From NCBI GenBank assembly GCA_964016885.1, contig OZ024742.1, positions 304,482,001 to 304,546,000 on the forward strand: a DNA stretch of 64,000 bases. The letters run 5' to 3'. Of the stretch, positions 44,080 through 58,163 are shown in pieces; the stretch's first letter is position 1; each line of letters starts with the position of its first letter. A program made the position numbers and the translations under genes. The notes below the pieces were generated by a model. The model did not search any database. It had not been told where the DNA came from and saw only the letters and a list, made by a program, of their open reading frames with translations. Origin of the DNA: Eledone cirrhosa. Its lineage: Eukaryota.

Positions 44080-44523
44080 CTAGCAGAAAACCACCCGGTG
44101 GGTGGTTTTCTGCTAGTCGATATATATTTAACACACACACAAACGCACAAACACAAACACAGACACACACACACATACATATATATATATACACCCATGT
44201 TCATATTTTGAGATGCATTATTCTCAAATCAGATTATTATCTCTGACAGGAAGAACCAGTTTATAATTTTTAAGAAAAATTAAGCATACAGACATATTTT
44301 AGGAAACTTATGAATTCCTGTACACACACACACACAAACACTTACACAGATACACACAGACACACGCGCAGACAGACACACACGCATACAGACACATACG
44401 CTAACACACACATACCATACACACACTCATACATACGCACATATGCACATACACACGCACATACACACTTAAACTATATGTATGTATATATAGAGAGAGA
44501 CACACATAATATACATATATAAT

Positions 44524-44569
<46 letters not shown>

Positions 44570-45393
44570 ATATATATTATATATATACACACACACACAT
44601 ATAACACACACCCATATATAAAACACACACGCGCACACACATACACACACACATATAACACACACACACACATATAACAAACACACGCACACACATACAC
44701 ACACACACATACACACACACACATACACACACACATACACACACACATATAACACACACACATATAATACACACACACACATACACACACATATATATAT
44801 ATAGTATATGTTCAGCCCCAGTGAGTTGGTTAAAACACAAAAGCCAGTCTTAAAGTTATCGTCTGTAAATTCAAAGAACTCGGCTGTGTCTGGCTAGATC
44901 TCCGTGGTAACTATTCCAAGGTCACGCGTACCATGGCTGGGAACACAGGTGTCACGTGCTGGCCTAGAACGCTGGTTGTTGGAATCAGTGGTCGACGACA
45001 GGGAGTGAGAGGGGAGAGAAAGAAAGGCAGAGGTGAAGTGACGCAGTGACTCTCTTCCTCCTCCTCCATCTCCCCATTCGTCACAGCGATAGAGAGGAGG
45101 AATGTTAGTGTGTTACAAAGAGAAAGAGTGAGAGTGAGAGAAGCAGACAGACTAAAAGAGAGGGATAGCTGGAGAGAGAGAGAGATAGCAACCACGCGCG
45201 CACGTGTTTCCACTGTCGGACAGACAGACAGAGAAATTGCTGGTTATATATTATAAGGAGATTACAATTTGAAATACATGGCGAACGTTTCATACAACAT
45301 ATATTTACCTGTATTGAGTTCTCTTTCTTTAGGGATTAAAATTATACATTCCAACTATCTATCTCTCTCTCTTATTCTCGCTATTTCTATCTC

Positions 45394-45512
<119 letters not shown>

Positions 45513-45529
45513 ATGTATATACATATTTA

Positions 45530-45585
45530 TAGGAAAATATTCAGGACCGCGGCGGCTGAGCTACGGCCGTTTCGACAGCTAGATC
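45530..45585 (-). mobile_element. Family C degenerate fragment
   Basis: TAGGAAAA...GGACCGCGGCGGCTGAGCTACGGCCGTTTCGACAGCTA. Another small remnant lies at about 3469-3504. Confidence 0.6.
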
Positions 45586-45595
45586 CGAACTCTAC

Positions 45596-45628
<33 letters not shown>

Positions 45629-46329
45629 TATATTTATGCATATACGTATGCGGTGTAAAATACACTTTGAAACTGGTCTGTTTCAAATGATCCAATGTTT
45701 TATAAATATCCACTTTTGTTATAAGTTATTAAATATCTATTCATAAACATTGGATTATTAAAACATACCGTAGTCGTAAAAATGAGAAATTAAAGTCGTC
45801 TCTTAGATGGAACTGAAAAATCATCCGACCACAGAAAACGTCCAGTTTCAGACTACAATGAAGAATTAAACACAAATTTTGAAAATAAGAAAGAAAATTT
45901 AAAAAAACGAAAGAAAGAAACGAATGAAAGAGAAAGAAAGATTGAGATGGCGATCTAGTGGTGATTAAACAAAAATAATTAAATAAAATAGTTTGGCGAG
46001 GGGCAATCACAGTACTTGAACAGTACTGTATTTTATCAATAGCTGAATGGTGAGAAGTAAGGTGGACCACGAAGGAATTTGAATTTCCAACGTAAAGAGC
46101 AGTAACTGCATGCCGAAAAACACTTTGTCCGACATTCTAAAGATTCTGGTAATTCACCAGCCTAAGCAGAACCAAATAATGAACGAATGAAAAGAATGGT
46201 GGTAAATAACGTTAAGAAGTAAATGAAGAAAGATAGATTCCAGTGAAACATGCAAGATGAGGGGGGGGGGGGTAATATCCATCGTTTTGAATGCTGAGTT
46301 TTCCAGTTGTTCAATGATCAATGCTGCAT

Positions 46330-46595
46330 GAACGCATACATCGTTCCACCATCATGTGTTCCCTCATTCCCGCACCACATGTTAATGGAGATACTGGTCC
46401 ATTCTGTCCACCGTGTTTCCGAACAGCATCCATCTACCCAGTTACACTCATTTGGACCCTGCACAGTCGAGCTCCTCCGCGGGATCAGAACGTCGGCGGC
46501 CCATCTGAGGAAGGAGCCCCACGAGGTGGGGTGGCTGTTGTCCGCGGGAATGCTTTTGCGATTTTGTACGCGGGTCTCAGCCACTTTGCAGCCGC
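46330..46595 (+). mobile_element. CRE-like non-LTR retrotransposon C-terminal restriction-like endonuclease fragment
   Basis: GC-richer island; GPCTVELLRGI...EPHEVGW, then after a frameshift VAVVRGNAFAILYAG, matching the terminal S.A.QRGNA motif of CRE/R2-group endonuclease domains. Confidence 0.6.
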
Positions 46596-49500
46596 ACCTT
46601 AAGTCCAGAGCTCAACCATCCCCTCTTGGCCCTCTTTATTCTTCTCTGACACTAGAGTCCTTGCCATTCCCTCCTTTTTCTTGATTTGTTTTTTCCTTTT
46701 TTTCTCTTTCTTCTTTATATTTTCCTATTTTACATTCCATTCTTCTCAATCCAATTGTTGTTCTATTAAATTGTATTTGCCTGATATATTCCATAAATAA
46801 AATTAACTTCTTTAATCCTCACAAAATATGGGTCGACCCGAGGCTATGACAAATGGCCCAACATACCACACTGTGTCATTGATGTCGAGACCTATAAACT
46901 GCTAAGTAAATTCTTAACTATTCGCCCATTCAGTATCACATGAAATTTAGGTAAAACGTTTCTGAATCATAAATAACAGAAATTGTTTTAAAATAATCTC
47001 GAGGATGAGGGAGAAACTATATTGGATGTGGAAATATTTAAATATTCAGAAGCAAGTTCCCGTCAAATATAGAGCCATTTTCCATTCCCTGTCGAAGTAA
47101 ATTCACTACGCATTTGCAACGATATCAGGCTCTTGAGATAATGAATTAATATATATTTTGTATATATTCTAGCGATAGTCTTACAAGTTCTCCCCATCTA
47201 GCTTAGAGAAATTATATCAACGATATGACCTGTAATGTAGGACTAGCTAAGATGTTTAGGTTTCTGTTAGTAATAATTTCACTTAACTTCACTAATGCAT
47301 TTGGGAAAAGATTGGATATTACCCCAGTCTCTTTTCTGATAATGTAGAGGCGTATACCTATGGAAGTTATCAATAATTGAATCGAGGGACGACAGGCAGT
47401 CTAAGTGAAATATCCTTAGGGTATTGAGGGAAAGAGTGAAAGAGTCATACAGACAGACAAGCTGACAGACAGCGCCAAAGAGGACAGGTATCAGGAGACA
47501 ATGGAGAAATAGTGTCTGCATTGACAGTCTTAGCAGACAGTAAGTTATATGGGTGGAGGAGAAAAGGATGCATGAGTCGGAAAAGAGTAAACAGAAGTTA
47601 AAAATAAATAAATAAATAATAACTTAAAAAATAGTAACAAAAACAGTAATCGACAAAGAAAACCAAACATTGATTGAAGATAAAAGTAAAAGTTACAGAG
47701 GAGTGAAGAAAAAATGATAAAAACATTAACACAAAAAGGAAAATTATTTAAAATAAAAAGTGGGAAAAGAAACAGCAGAGACGAGTGAAGGAAAGGGATG
47801 ATAAAGGAGAGTCGGGAAGTAAGAGACATAAAAGTTAAAAGAAAATAGATCATGTATAAAATCAGATAGAGAAGGAGAATGTGAAATGAAAGAGGTTTTT
47901 AAAAGAGGAACTGATGTTTATAACGACAGATATGAGAAATAGGAAAAATCGTGTAAATATGAAAGAGGTACATGGACATAAGAACGTCTAGTAAGTGATA
48001 CATAGGTACGAGGAAGCGAGAGAGAGAGAGGGTGGAGATGTAGAGTAAAGATAAGGAGATGGAGACAGAAGGAGGCTTTGGGGAATGGGAACAGAAGAAA
48101 ATGAGAAAGATAAAATTGTAAATCGAAACGAAAAGAATGTATGAGACAAAGCAGCCGATGTATAAGGTGAGAAATATAAAATCATGAAATAAAATAATGA
48201 TGAAACTAGTAGTAGCACTGATGACATAGTTTATGATGTTTGTTATTGTTATTTTCTTGACATGGAGCATGAGGAAATTTGACAATGAAGCAGCATGAGA
48301 ATGGTGGTGAAATGGTCTGGCAAGACCATGAGATTTAAAATTAGACTTTATGCTCAACATAACCATAGCATATCTGAAATCAAAGTAGTAGCTATAATGC
48401 TATAATCTTCAAAAATCCCAAAACTTATCCAATCACGCACATTATTTCCCTCAATATTATTCATGAAACCCAAGAAATATTTTTAATGGCAAGTGGCTTA
48501 TTTATATTTATTTCCTTCATGTCAATTTGTAAATTTTAAAACTAGCCCTATTAAAGATATAACCTTCCGTCCATAATTTAATCTCTACCAATATCTGTTA
48601 CATCAAACACACATATATATTTATTTATGGAAATGAGGCGGCAGAAACTTCCTACCATGGTATACACCGATATATTGTTAGCGCTACATATGTTAATGCA
48701 TGAATTGTATATCGACACATTCAAGAGACCATCAAGCGATGTGTGATAGACGGCTTCTGAATGACATTTGCATCATATCAGACAAGTAAGTATATCGAAA
48801 TAAAGTAGGGGTGTACAGAAAATGTCCATTATATCTGACCTGAATATAATCCCTAATTTAAACGTCTTCAATATCAGGTCGGCAAATCTTCCAATATTAT
48901 TTCCAAGGAAAATACAGGGTCAACTCTACTGATCTTTTCACTTATAATCTTACAGATGTGGTTGTTAGTGTTTGATCACTGTGGAATTAACATGAGAATC
49001 AAAGATGGCGTTTTTCAGCACTTTGAGTATTCGTATGTCTACCTTGGTCCCCGATTGATCGAAGAATGCAGATCGATTAAAACAATTATCTGACAGAAGG
49101 AATGAGAGAGAGAAAGTGATTCAGTGGACGAAAGAGCAAAAGAGAAATTATATATGCGAATATATGTGTGAAAGGGCTGATCAATTAACAATAATAAGGT
49201 TAGAAAGCATTGGGCCTATGTCGATTTCAACGATGAGTATTAGATTTGACCGATTGATGGGACAACTATTTAAATTAATTTATAAGTGGCTGAGTATACT
49301 ATTGGCACTTGCACTTTAGAATACTTCTCAGTGCTTCAATGTGTATGATAACGCTTAAAATTAGAAATACAGGGCCAGTCCATTTGATGGGCTTACAAAA
49401 TGTTTCCATCTACAAAATTTTATTGAAAGGCTTAAATTAACCCGAGGATATGGTAAAGATTTCTTGTGACAATACGACACTCATTGGAATCAAACCCGGA

Positions 49501-49773
49501 TTACGGTGAGTACAAAGTGAATTTCTGAATTATTTGCGATGGATATTGGCTGAAAACCTATCCACTATTCAAGAAAGCTTGTCTTTAGAGAAACAAACAC
49601 TGCACTCACACACAAGTAAAACATGAGCTAACAACGAATCCCCAATTATATTACTCGACTTGTTCTGAAGACAAGTCATATCAGCAAATTCTTTCCAGAG
49701 AAAGATAGAAAAGGAGAGAGAAGCAAACAGAAAAAGATATAGAGGAAGAATCGACCCCCCCCCCTCCCACAGC

Positions 49774-49898
49774 ACTAGTCTGGTACTTTTTTTATCGACC
49801 GCAAAAGGATGAAAGGCGGGATTTGAACTCAGAGAGCCGGAACGAATACCATAAGCCATTTTATCCGACATTCTAACGACACTGCCCATTTGCCGCCT
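49774..49898 (-). mobile_element. Degenerate SINE copy
   Basis: TGGTACTTTTTTTATCGACCGCAAAAGGATGAAAGGCGGGATTTGAACTC. Older relatives lie at about 26585-26750, 46020-46165 and 58760-58895. Confidence 0.7.
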
Positions 49899-50464
49899 AG
49901 CGTAAGTATAACCCATGAAAATATAGAATCTATAGAAGTATTCCCTATTTAGAATGATATGGACAAACAACTAATGGAACCTGAGTAAATTGATATAACT
50001 TACTTGGAAATTTAGTTTAACTTTATAACAATAAACACGGCTGTATATTTTTTCTTCCTCTCATAATTTCTCTGTCTCTCTCTCCATTTTCTTCTACTTT
50101 CTTCTCTTTCTTTTTGTCATAACTTTATATTACTATTCTTTCCCTCTCCACATGCTACTACTCTTTCAGTTTGCTCTCTTATAAAATTCGTGTGAGTATA
50201 TAGTCATTTCACTAATATTAAAATTTTGAGTAAGCCCACATGAAGTGGCACATAGTTAAACCCATCCGTTAAGTGATCAGTAAACCTACCAGAAAAATCA
50301 GTCGATTCTCCACTACACTATAGACTACCATCTTAAAGTAAAACGTACAAGTTAGTTGCTATAGTTCTTTATACATTTGGTCTGAAAAGGCCGGGGAAAT
50401 CATATATGTATCACGTTTTATATGTCTATACGTTCAGGGCAATTGTGGTTGAATAATAATACTT

Positions 50465-50507
<43 letters not shown>

Positions 50508-50640
50508 ACACACACAATTATATTTCGCTGCGCGGGTTCACTGCATAAACATGTGGTTTTGTTTTAAAGACTTCTACTTTAGACCCGAGTAAACCATTTC
50601 CTTCTCAGTGGAACTTAGTAGGCAGCAACAGCAGAAGACC

Positions 50641-50726
<86 letters not shown>

Positions 50727-50796
50727 GGAGTGTGTGTGTGTGTGTATGAGTGTGTGTGTGTATGTGTGTGTGTGTGTGTGTATGTGTGTGTGTGTG

Positions 50797-50862
<66 letters not shown>

Positions 50863-50972
50863 GTCCACGCGCTTAACATTGGGTTCGAGAAAAAGAGATC
50901 AATGCAGTTCTAGATATGAAAAGCTGTAAAAGGCACACACACACATATATATATATACACACACTCAAATGG

Positions 50973-51027
<55 letters not shown>

Positions 51028-51535
51028 CATTTGAGTGTGTTTCCGTGTGCGTGCGTATGCATTAGTGTTTGTATATGCGTCAGTATTGGAAGAGAAATTG
51101 TTTGCGTTGAATCTGCTATCCTTTATAACATTGTTTTGGGTACTGGAGACACTCTATTGTGTCACACAACTGTGAATACTTAACCAAGAAAAAAAAAATT
51201 GTTTTGAACAACGTAAATTCTGGTAACTTTGATTTTCTATCTGCAAAACCCTTCTGGGACTCCAATTCGATGTCGGCCGAATATTCATAACAGCTTATTG
51301 TTCGTAGTACGACCAGTTAGGGGACGATTCATAGATTCCTAAGAGACCTCTAGATGCCAGGCTAGGATGCATTAGTTGATAATGCTCTGAATACAAATAG
51401 TATTGCTATAGAATTACTATTTCAGCACAATAAATGTGAGCGAATTGCATAGAAATGAGCGGTTTGGGGTTTCAATATTACTATCTGTAATATTTACTGT
51501 AGCAGCAGCAGGTACATATAAGCGGAAGGTGTTGT

Positions 51536-51537
<2 letters not shown>

Positions 51538-51626
<89 letters not shown>

Positions 51627-51682
51627 TAGTAGTAGTAGTGGTGGTGGTGGTAGTGGTATTAGTAGTAGTAGTAATAGTAGTG

Positions 51683-51739
<57 letters not shown>

Positions 51740-51815
51740 TCGGTTGTAGTAGTAGTAGTAGTAGTAGTAGCAGTAGTAGTAGTAGTTGTAGTGGTTGTAG
51801 TAGTATTAGTAGTAG
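51538..51815. repeat. (AGT)n trinucleotide microsatellite
   Basis: Direct reading. Confidence 0.97.
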
Positions 51816-52229
51816 AAATGATACTATAAAAGTTGTATTAGCAGCAGCGATATCATCATCATCATAAAAATAATGATGATCAGTAGCTGCTGCTGCGGCT
51901 ACAGTAGTTGTAGAAGTAACATCAACACAGGTGGCAGCACGGCTGCAGTAGTAGAGAGAGAGGAGCAACTGCACAGTGCGATATCCGGCTGTAGTAGCAA
52001 TATTTGTTTTTCGAGATGTCGGTTTTAGAGTTGTTGTTTTTGACATCGTCGTCCTCGTCATTTTTGCTGTTGTTGCTGTTGTTGCTGTTGTTTAGTGGAG
52101 ATTACGGTGCTAGAGTGATTGGAAGGTTTGTTTTGGTTTGGGTTTTGGTTTTGGTTGTGATGCTTTCTATAATTTATCTGTAGATACACCGCTAAATTAA
52201 CTATTGTTATTGTTGTAACAATTGTTATG

Positions 52230-52845
52230 TAACCGCGTGTCAACCTTGATTGAGGGGCAGATATATAATGAGATGGATTCCATTCACGCTCATTCCGCCC
52301 TAATAGCGGTCCTGTGTATTATAATGTAGTGATGTGTGACCTTTCCTTGTGTTAAACAGAAGAGGGATGATTTAAGGGAGATTTTACTACTATAAGAGTA
52401 TTTACAATTTCGGTGATTCTATAGAGGTTCATAGAGAGATTTTCTATGTGGATACACCTTTTACACACGTTGTATGTTGCGTTGTTGTTTAGTCCCAAGT
52501 CAAATATGATTTAATAGGCCTATAATCAAAAGTGCTCCTGTCGTGACCATCACGCCTATTTGGATATCAAGGACTACATGTCCAAGGCATTCGTCGGTAC
52601 AGTGTGATATAAGTGAGACTTGGCTGCTATTTCTAATAGGTTACATGACAGTAGTGAGGATACTTATTGTTGTTGTTTAGTCACAGGTCAGCTCTAACTA
52701 GGCCAAACTATGTTGAAAGGCATTCCAAGCCTGACCATCACGTTTATTGATGTTATGGAGGACTACATGATGTATTCCCTCCTGCAGTGACGCAACAAAG
52801 AATTGAATATTTTGCAAGCAGGTCGAGCGATCGTATAGAAAGTCT
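52230..52845. repeat. Tandem degenerate copies of an old interspersed repeat
   Basis: Recurrent TTGTTGTTTAGTC...GGCC..TAT..AAAG...GTGACCATCACG...GGACTACATG units at about 52480 and 52670; relatives at about 6385-6460 and 27640-27700. Confidence 0.55.
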
Positions 52846-52904
52846 TGTTGCGGTTGAAAGTGTTCATGGTGTTGGCTACGATAATGGCTTTTATTATATC
52901 AGGG

Positions 52905-53619
52905 AAAGACAGAGCCGTTAGAGCGTCGGACGAAATGTATTGCTGTATTTGTTACACCTTTTTATGTTCTAATTTCGTATCCCACCGCGGTCAACTTTAC
53001 CTTTCATCCTTCCTGAGTCGAGAAAACAAAGTACCTGTAATATACTGTGTTAGATATAATCGACTTTTTCCTTCTTACAAACTGCTGGTCTTCGGTCTAA
53101 ATTAGAAATCCTTATTATGTTATTAAATTACTGAAGTCGATTTAATCGACTTTCGGTTCATCCCAAAATTGTTGGCGTTGTGCCCCAATTAGAATTGATT
53201 ATTAAGTAAAAAGATTGGCAGAATGGATAGAGTACCGGATAACACACTTGCTAGCAATTTATTTTGATCCTGCACATCCTGAGTTCAAATTCTGCCATGG
53301 TTAGCTTTGCCATTCATCTTTACGTGGTCCATAAAATAAAGCACAAGCAATGCACTGGGTCGATTTAATCTACTTTCCTCTTCCTCAAAAATTGTTGGCC
53401 TTGTGCATAAATCTGAAATCATTATTGAATTGGCAGTATCGGTAGGGGGCTGGACGCCATGCTTTAATGCATAGAGTTACGGCCCTTGCCATTCTGAGTT
53501 CAAATCCCGCCTAGGTTAACTTTGCCTTTCATCCTTACGGGGTCGATAAAATAAAGTACCAGTAATGCACTGGGATAATTGCTGGCCTTGTGCCAAAAGT
53601 AGAAACAATTATTATTATT
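52905..53619 (+). mobile_element. Head-to-tail cluster of three to four SINE copies of different ages
   Basis: Degenerate copies at about 52905-53110, 53135-53200 and 53205-53426, and a young copy at 53429-53619. Confidence 0.8.
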
Positions 53620-54100
53620 GGCATGGCCACGATTGCTACGGTAATGATGGTTATTGCGGTGGTGGTGTTGGTGATTGTGGTTGTGACGAGGGTGGGGCTA
53701 TTGCTGGTAGTGTTGAGGGTGGTGGTGTTGAGGGTGATGGTGTTCGAAGCAGTGGTGATAGCGATATTGGTTCGGTCAGTTCGTAGTGTTGTAATAGCAG
53801 TTTTAGTGATGTTTGTGGCATTGGTAGTAGTCGAGTTGTTGGTGAACGTGGTATTAATGATGGTGTGGTTGTTGGTCTTGTTAGTGGTGGAGTTGACGTT
53901 GGTGGTAAATATGTTGGTGATGTTAATGGTGGCTGTGTTGGTGTTGGTGGTGGTGTTAGTGGTGCTGGCAATTTTAGTGGTGTTGAAATTGTTGATTGTG
54001 GTAGTAATGGTGGTGGTGGTGATTTGGAGTGGTTGTCGTTTTGTTCGTGGTGTTGCTGTTTGTGGTGATAGTTTTGATAGTGGTGGTGTTGGTTGTTGTA
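53620..54100. repeat. Degenerate (GGT/GTT)n low-complexity tract
   Basis: Direct reading; explains the Thr- and Val-rich pseudo-ORFs. Confidence 0.85.
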
Positions 54101-55355
54101 AAAGGCTTGGAATGTCGACAATGAAGTTTGACTCTTGTGGTTTGGTTAGTTTCAACACTGCAAATGCGGTGAAACAACTATTGTTATACTGTTTTCAACG
54201 AGAATTTCGAAATAACTAGAATACTTTTGACGTTTCTTTTAAATTATAAATGTAACTTGTGTAATATTAATGGATGGTAACTGTTTATCAATCCTGTTGT
54301 AACTAGTTTATTAAGTAACGAATTATTTAGTAATCAAGTAACAGCGTTATTTATATGTCAGTATTTCTATGTTTATAAACAAACACGATTATCTGCCTTT
54401 TTGCCTAGCTGGCTTGATACATACAAATCTCGCTAGCTAGCTAGCGAGCTATCTACCTACATACCTTTCTTTCTACCTATATACCTTCCTAACTAACTAT
54501 ATCCTACCTATATATATACATACCTATCAAACAACCTAGCAATCTTCCTACCTACATACATACATTCCTCCCTAACAAAATAAGGTAAGCACATATATTG
54601 TTGATCAGGAGTATACAGTAATGAAAGGAATTTTTTTTAAATGATAAAAGTGATTAATTAGGGAGAAGCAAAATAATGAAAACACGTGAAGAGAGAATGA
54701 TGAGACAAACGAACTAACTAAATAACTAATTACTTAACTTTAATCCAAGTTATATATCATTCTCACTACCTAACAACTATGGAGCCGATACGGAGGTTGT
54801 TGCATTGTCGCCAAAATTGCTAGAAATAGACACATTTACTGAACCACAGTAACTTAACCCATGTGATACCTAAAGACATGAAACCGCCCAATTTATACAA
54901 TATAAAACAAGTTTGTTTCAATGCTTGTTTAAGTAGCCAACAAGCAACTAATATGTCTAATTAACGCATTAGTTATCAACTACCTATATTACTACTTTAT
55001 TTATTTACGTCTACTCGCCTACACATCACATAATCCTGTATCCCAGTTTAAAAGTTTATAGTGTTGCTGTTATAAATCTAGGTGTAGAAACAGCTCCTTC
55101 GTTATTTAAATGCAATGACATAAAACCTAGAAGAGTAGTAATGAATTACAGATTAAATCTAAAAGAAATAAGGATTCAGATATCCGAAGCAAACACACTT
55201 AACCCATATTTTTCCCTGTTCTTCACACGTTTCTGAAGAGGTTCTCCGGGGAATACAGAAGATTTGTGAGCAGCAATAGTACAATATGATTAACGTGTGT
55301 TAATAATATTGTTCTCTTTGTGCAACCCTCCGATTGGAACTTGATTCCAGTAACA

Positions 55356-55387
<32 letters not shown>

Positions 55388-55838
55388 AACCTACACGCAC
55401 ACAGCCACAGATCCACACGCACACACACACATTTTATGTACGAGTGTACATAATATGTACTGAAAGGGCATTCGTATATGTAAGCAGAGTATAAGATTAT
55501 TTTTTGAAGAAATTGTAGCAGTAACATCGATTTTTCTACGTTGCATCATAAGTCATATATTATGTGTTCACATGCGTGTCTTAACTGGACTATTTCATGC
55601 TCATTATACAAAGTATTTATGCTCATAATCTAATGTTTTATGCTCATTACCTAAAGAATTCATGCACATCGGTGAGGTATTTTCAGAATTCTATATGTGT
55701 AAGCTTGACAAATTAGTGAGCCGAAAACTTTAGGTGTTTAAAAATAATAATTTATGCTAACACACATTATATCATGCTCTACACATTTCTGTACTAAAGC
55801 TGAATATCTATACAGATTTGATAATACACACACACGCA

Positions 55839-55891
<53 letters not shown>

Positions 55892-55893
<2 letters not shown>

Positions 55894-56090
55894 TCTATAT
55901 TTTATCTGATGAAAGCACACCATAATTTAACTTGGTGTCCTTGAAATATGTATAATGAAATAAATATGGTTTTATAAATATAGTTTCCATTTGTTAATAT
56001 CGTATTTTTACTCCAATTATTTGTTGAGTGCTTTATATCAGTTATAAAAATATTTGCTTGTTGTATCCGAACAATTTAAATAGAACTTCT
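55892..56090 (+). mobile_element. Family B solo copy with full tail, between (TA)n tracts
   Basis: Co-linear with 61981-62187, including the GAGTGCT...TCAGTTATAAA...CTTCTA end. Confidence 0.78.
55898..55962 (+). ncRNA. Hammerhead ribozyme, family B
   Basis: TATTTTAT-CTGATGA-AAG c ACACCA...TGGTGT c CTT-GAAA-tatgta-TA-ATGAAATA. Confidence 0.8.
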
Positions 56091-56203
56091 ATATATATAT
56101 ATATTCTTTATTATGTTTAAGTAATGAGTCATGTTACACATTAACTTTACCTGTTTACTCACAAAATCACCAGGCAAGATTGCGTTTCTCGAACGTCAAT
56201 ATC

Positions 56204-56267
<64 letters not shown>

Positions 56268-56281
56268 GTGTGTGTGTGTGT

Positions 56282-56481
56282 NNNNNNNNNNNNNNNNNNN
56301 NNNNNNNNNNNNNNNNNNNNNNNNNNNNNNNNNNNNNNNNNNNNNNNNNNNNNNNNNNNNNNNNNNNNNNNNNNNNNNNNNNNNNNNNNNNNNNNNNNNN
56401 NNNNNNNNNNNNNNNNNNNNNNNNNNNNNNNNNNNNNNNNNNNNNNNNNNNNNNNNNNNNNNNNNNNNNNNNNNNNNNNNN
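56282..56481. other. Assembly gap (200 N)
   Basis: Run of exactly 200 N, likely a fixed-size scaffolding spacer. Confidence 0.99.
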
Positions 56482-56850
56482 TGGAAAATATTTAACGTAA
56501 GATATGGGAAAATAATTCAAACTCAATTTAAAAAAAAGTCAAGACAGAAATTTTATCCACAGATTTTGTGAAATCCAGGGAAATAACCAATAGAGTCCTA
56601 GCTCAGAATAAAATTAAGGTTAAATACTCATCCTTCAATTTGGAAAAACGACAAATGCTCTATATAGTCTTAAAAAGACTATTTCACGAAACTTTTCAGT
56701 GGGGTTAGTCACAGTTGGAGTCGTTCATCAGTAGAGCTCAACACGATAACCAACACATTCTGCTAAAATATGCCAGAAAGGGAATTTAAAAGCAGGCTAG
56801 TAGACTTCGTGTGGAATTATGAAAATAAACACGCATGAAAATAAACACAC

Positions 56851-56888
<38 letters not shown>

Positions 56889-57574
56889 TATAAAAATATA
56901 TATATGGGTGTGTGTGTGTGTGCGTGTGCGTGTGTGTGTGTGTATGAATGTGTGTGTTTGTATGTATATGTGCGTGTTTATGTGTGTGTGTGTGTGTGTG
57001 TGTGTGCGTGCATATTTTATCTAGTATTATATCCAAATAAATAAATAAATAAAGAAAGAAATAAAGAAAGAAATAAAGAAAGAAATAAAGAAACCATTAT
57101 TATCCAAACTCATACTGTGTGACTTAGCGTTCATTCGTTGAATTACAACACGTATAGTTGCCCTTGGTGACGGCTTACAATGCACAGATAACGGTAACTG
57201 TCATCTAAGTAATTAAACATTTATCGTGTCTGCTATATTATTTTCACTTCTTTATCTTCAATAGCACAATCAGAAGCAGCGAAATGTTGATGTCAACCCA
57301 AGAACTATTCTTTTGTGTCCTCTGTACTACTTCTCCAATATTGCTACCTTCTTTCTCTGTATTTCCCTCCGCTTTCTACACGACCATATATTTTCTATTA
57401 TGTTTTTTAGAATTTTCAAATTTCATTCTATACTATACCTAATTATATGTTAGTTTTCTTTATCCTCTCATTTTCAACATTTTTCTACGATATATGAATT
57501 CTAATTTAACATATACACTCAAAAGCTCTTTCACGCACACACACGCACACACACACACACACATACACACACAT

Positions 57575-57605
<31 letters not shown>

Positions 57606-58112
57606 TACACATATATATGAGGAGGGAGAGGTGAGAGATAGAAATAGATAATGAATTTATTAAATTAATTTCTTTAAAATTTAAAAATAACTTAACTTTC
57701 TACTATTTTTTGAAAACCTGAAATCGATTGCATATTATCAGCTGACTCAATTTGATAAATGTTTGACTATAGTTTTCATTATATTTCATTTTAGTTGTTT
57801 ATTGTTTTGATTTCCAATTAGTAATAATCGGACGCAGTCTGTTCCAATTAAATTGAAGGCTTAACCTGCTTGTTACATTTAACGTAACAAAATTATACAA
57901 AATGTACAATAAGATTGATGAGCTAGGACAGAGCTAGTGATAAGAAGAGTGATGAGAAAATAGGATAATAACCGACATATCCCTTGTTTGGCTCACACTC
58001 ACATATTCTATTGCTCCCAGCAGATGTAACTGTTTATATATCTTACGCCGAACGTCCGAGGAAAATTGTTTTCAGTCGTGTTATAACTGGTGAGGCCAGC
58101 AATCATCAAACA

Positions 58113-58163
<51 letters not shown>

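Noticed and set aside
51417-54219. Poly-Ser/Leu/Val ORFs and mucin-like Thr-rich ORFs
   Set aside because: Trinucleotide low-complexity tracts open in several frames; the 53535 and 53590 ORFs overlap a SINE end; no splice or domain support.
56131-56571. ORFs spanning the N run
   Set aside because: Artefacts of the assembly gap; adjacency across the gap is not guaranteed.
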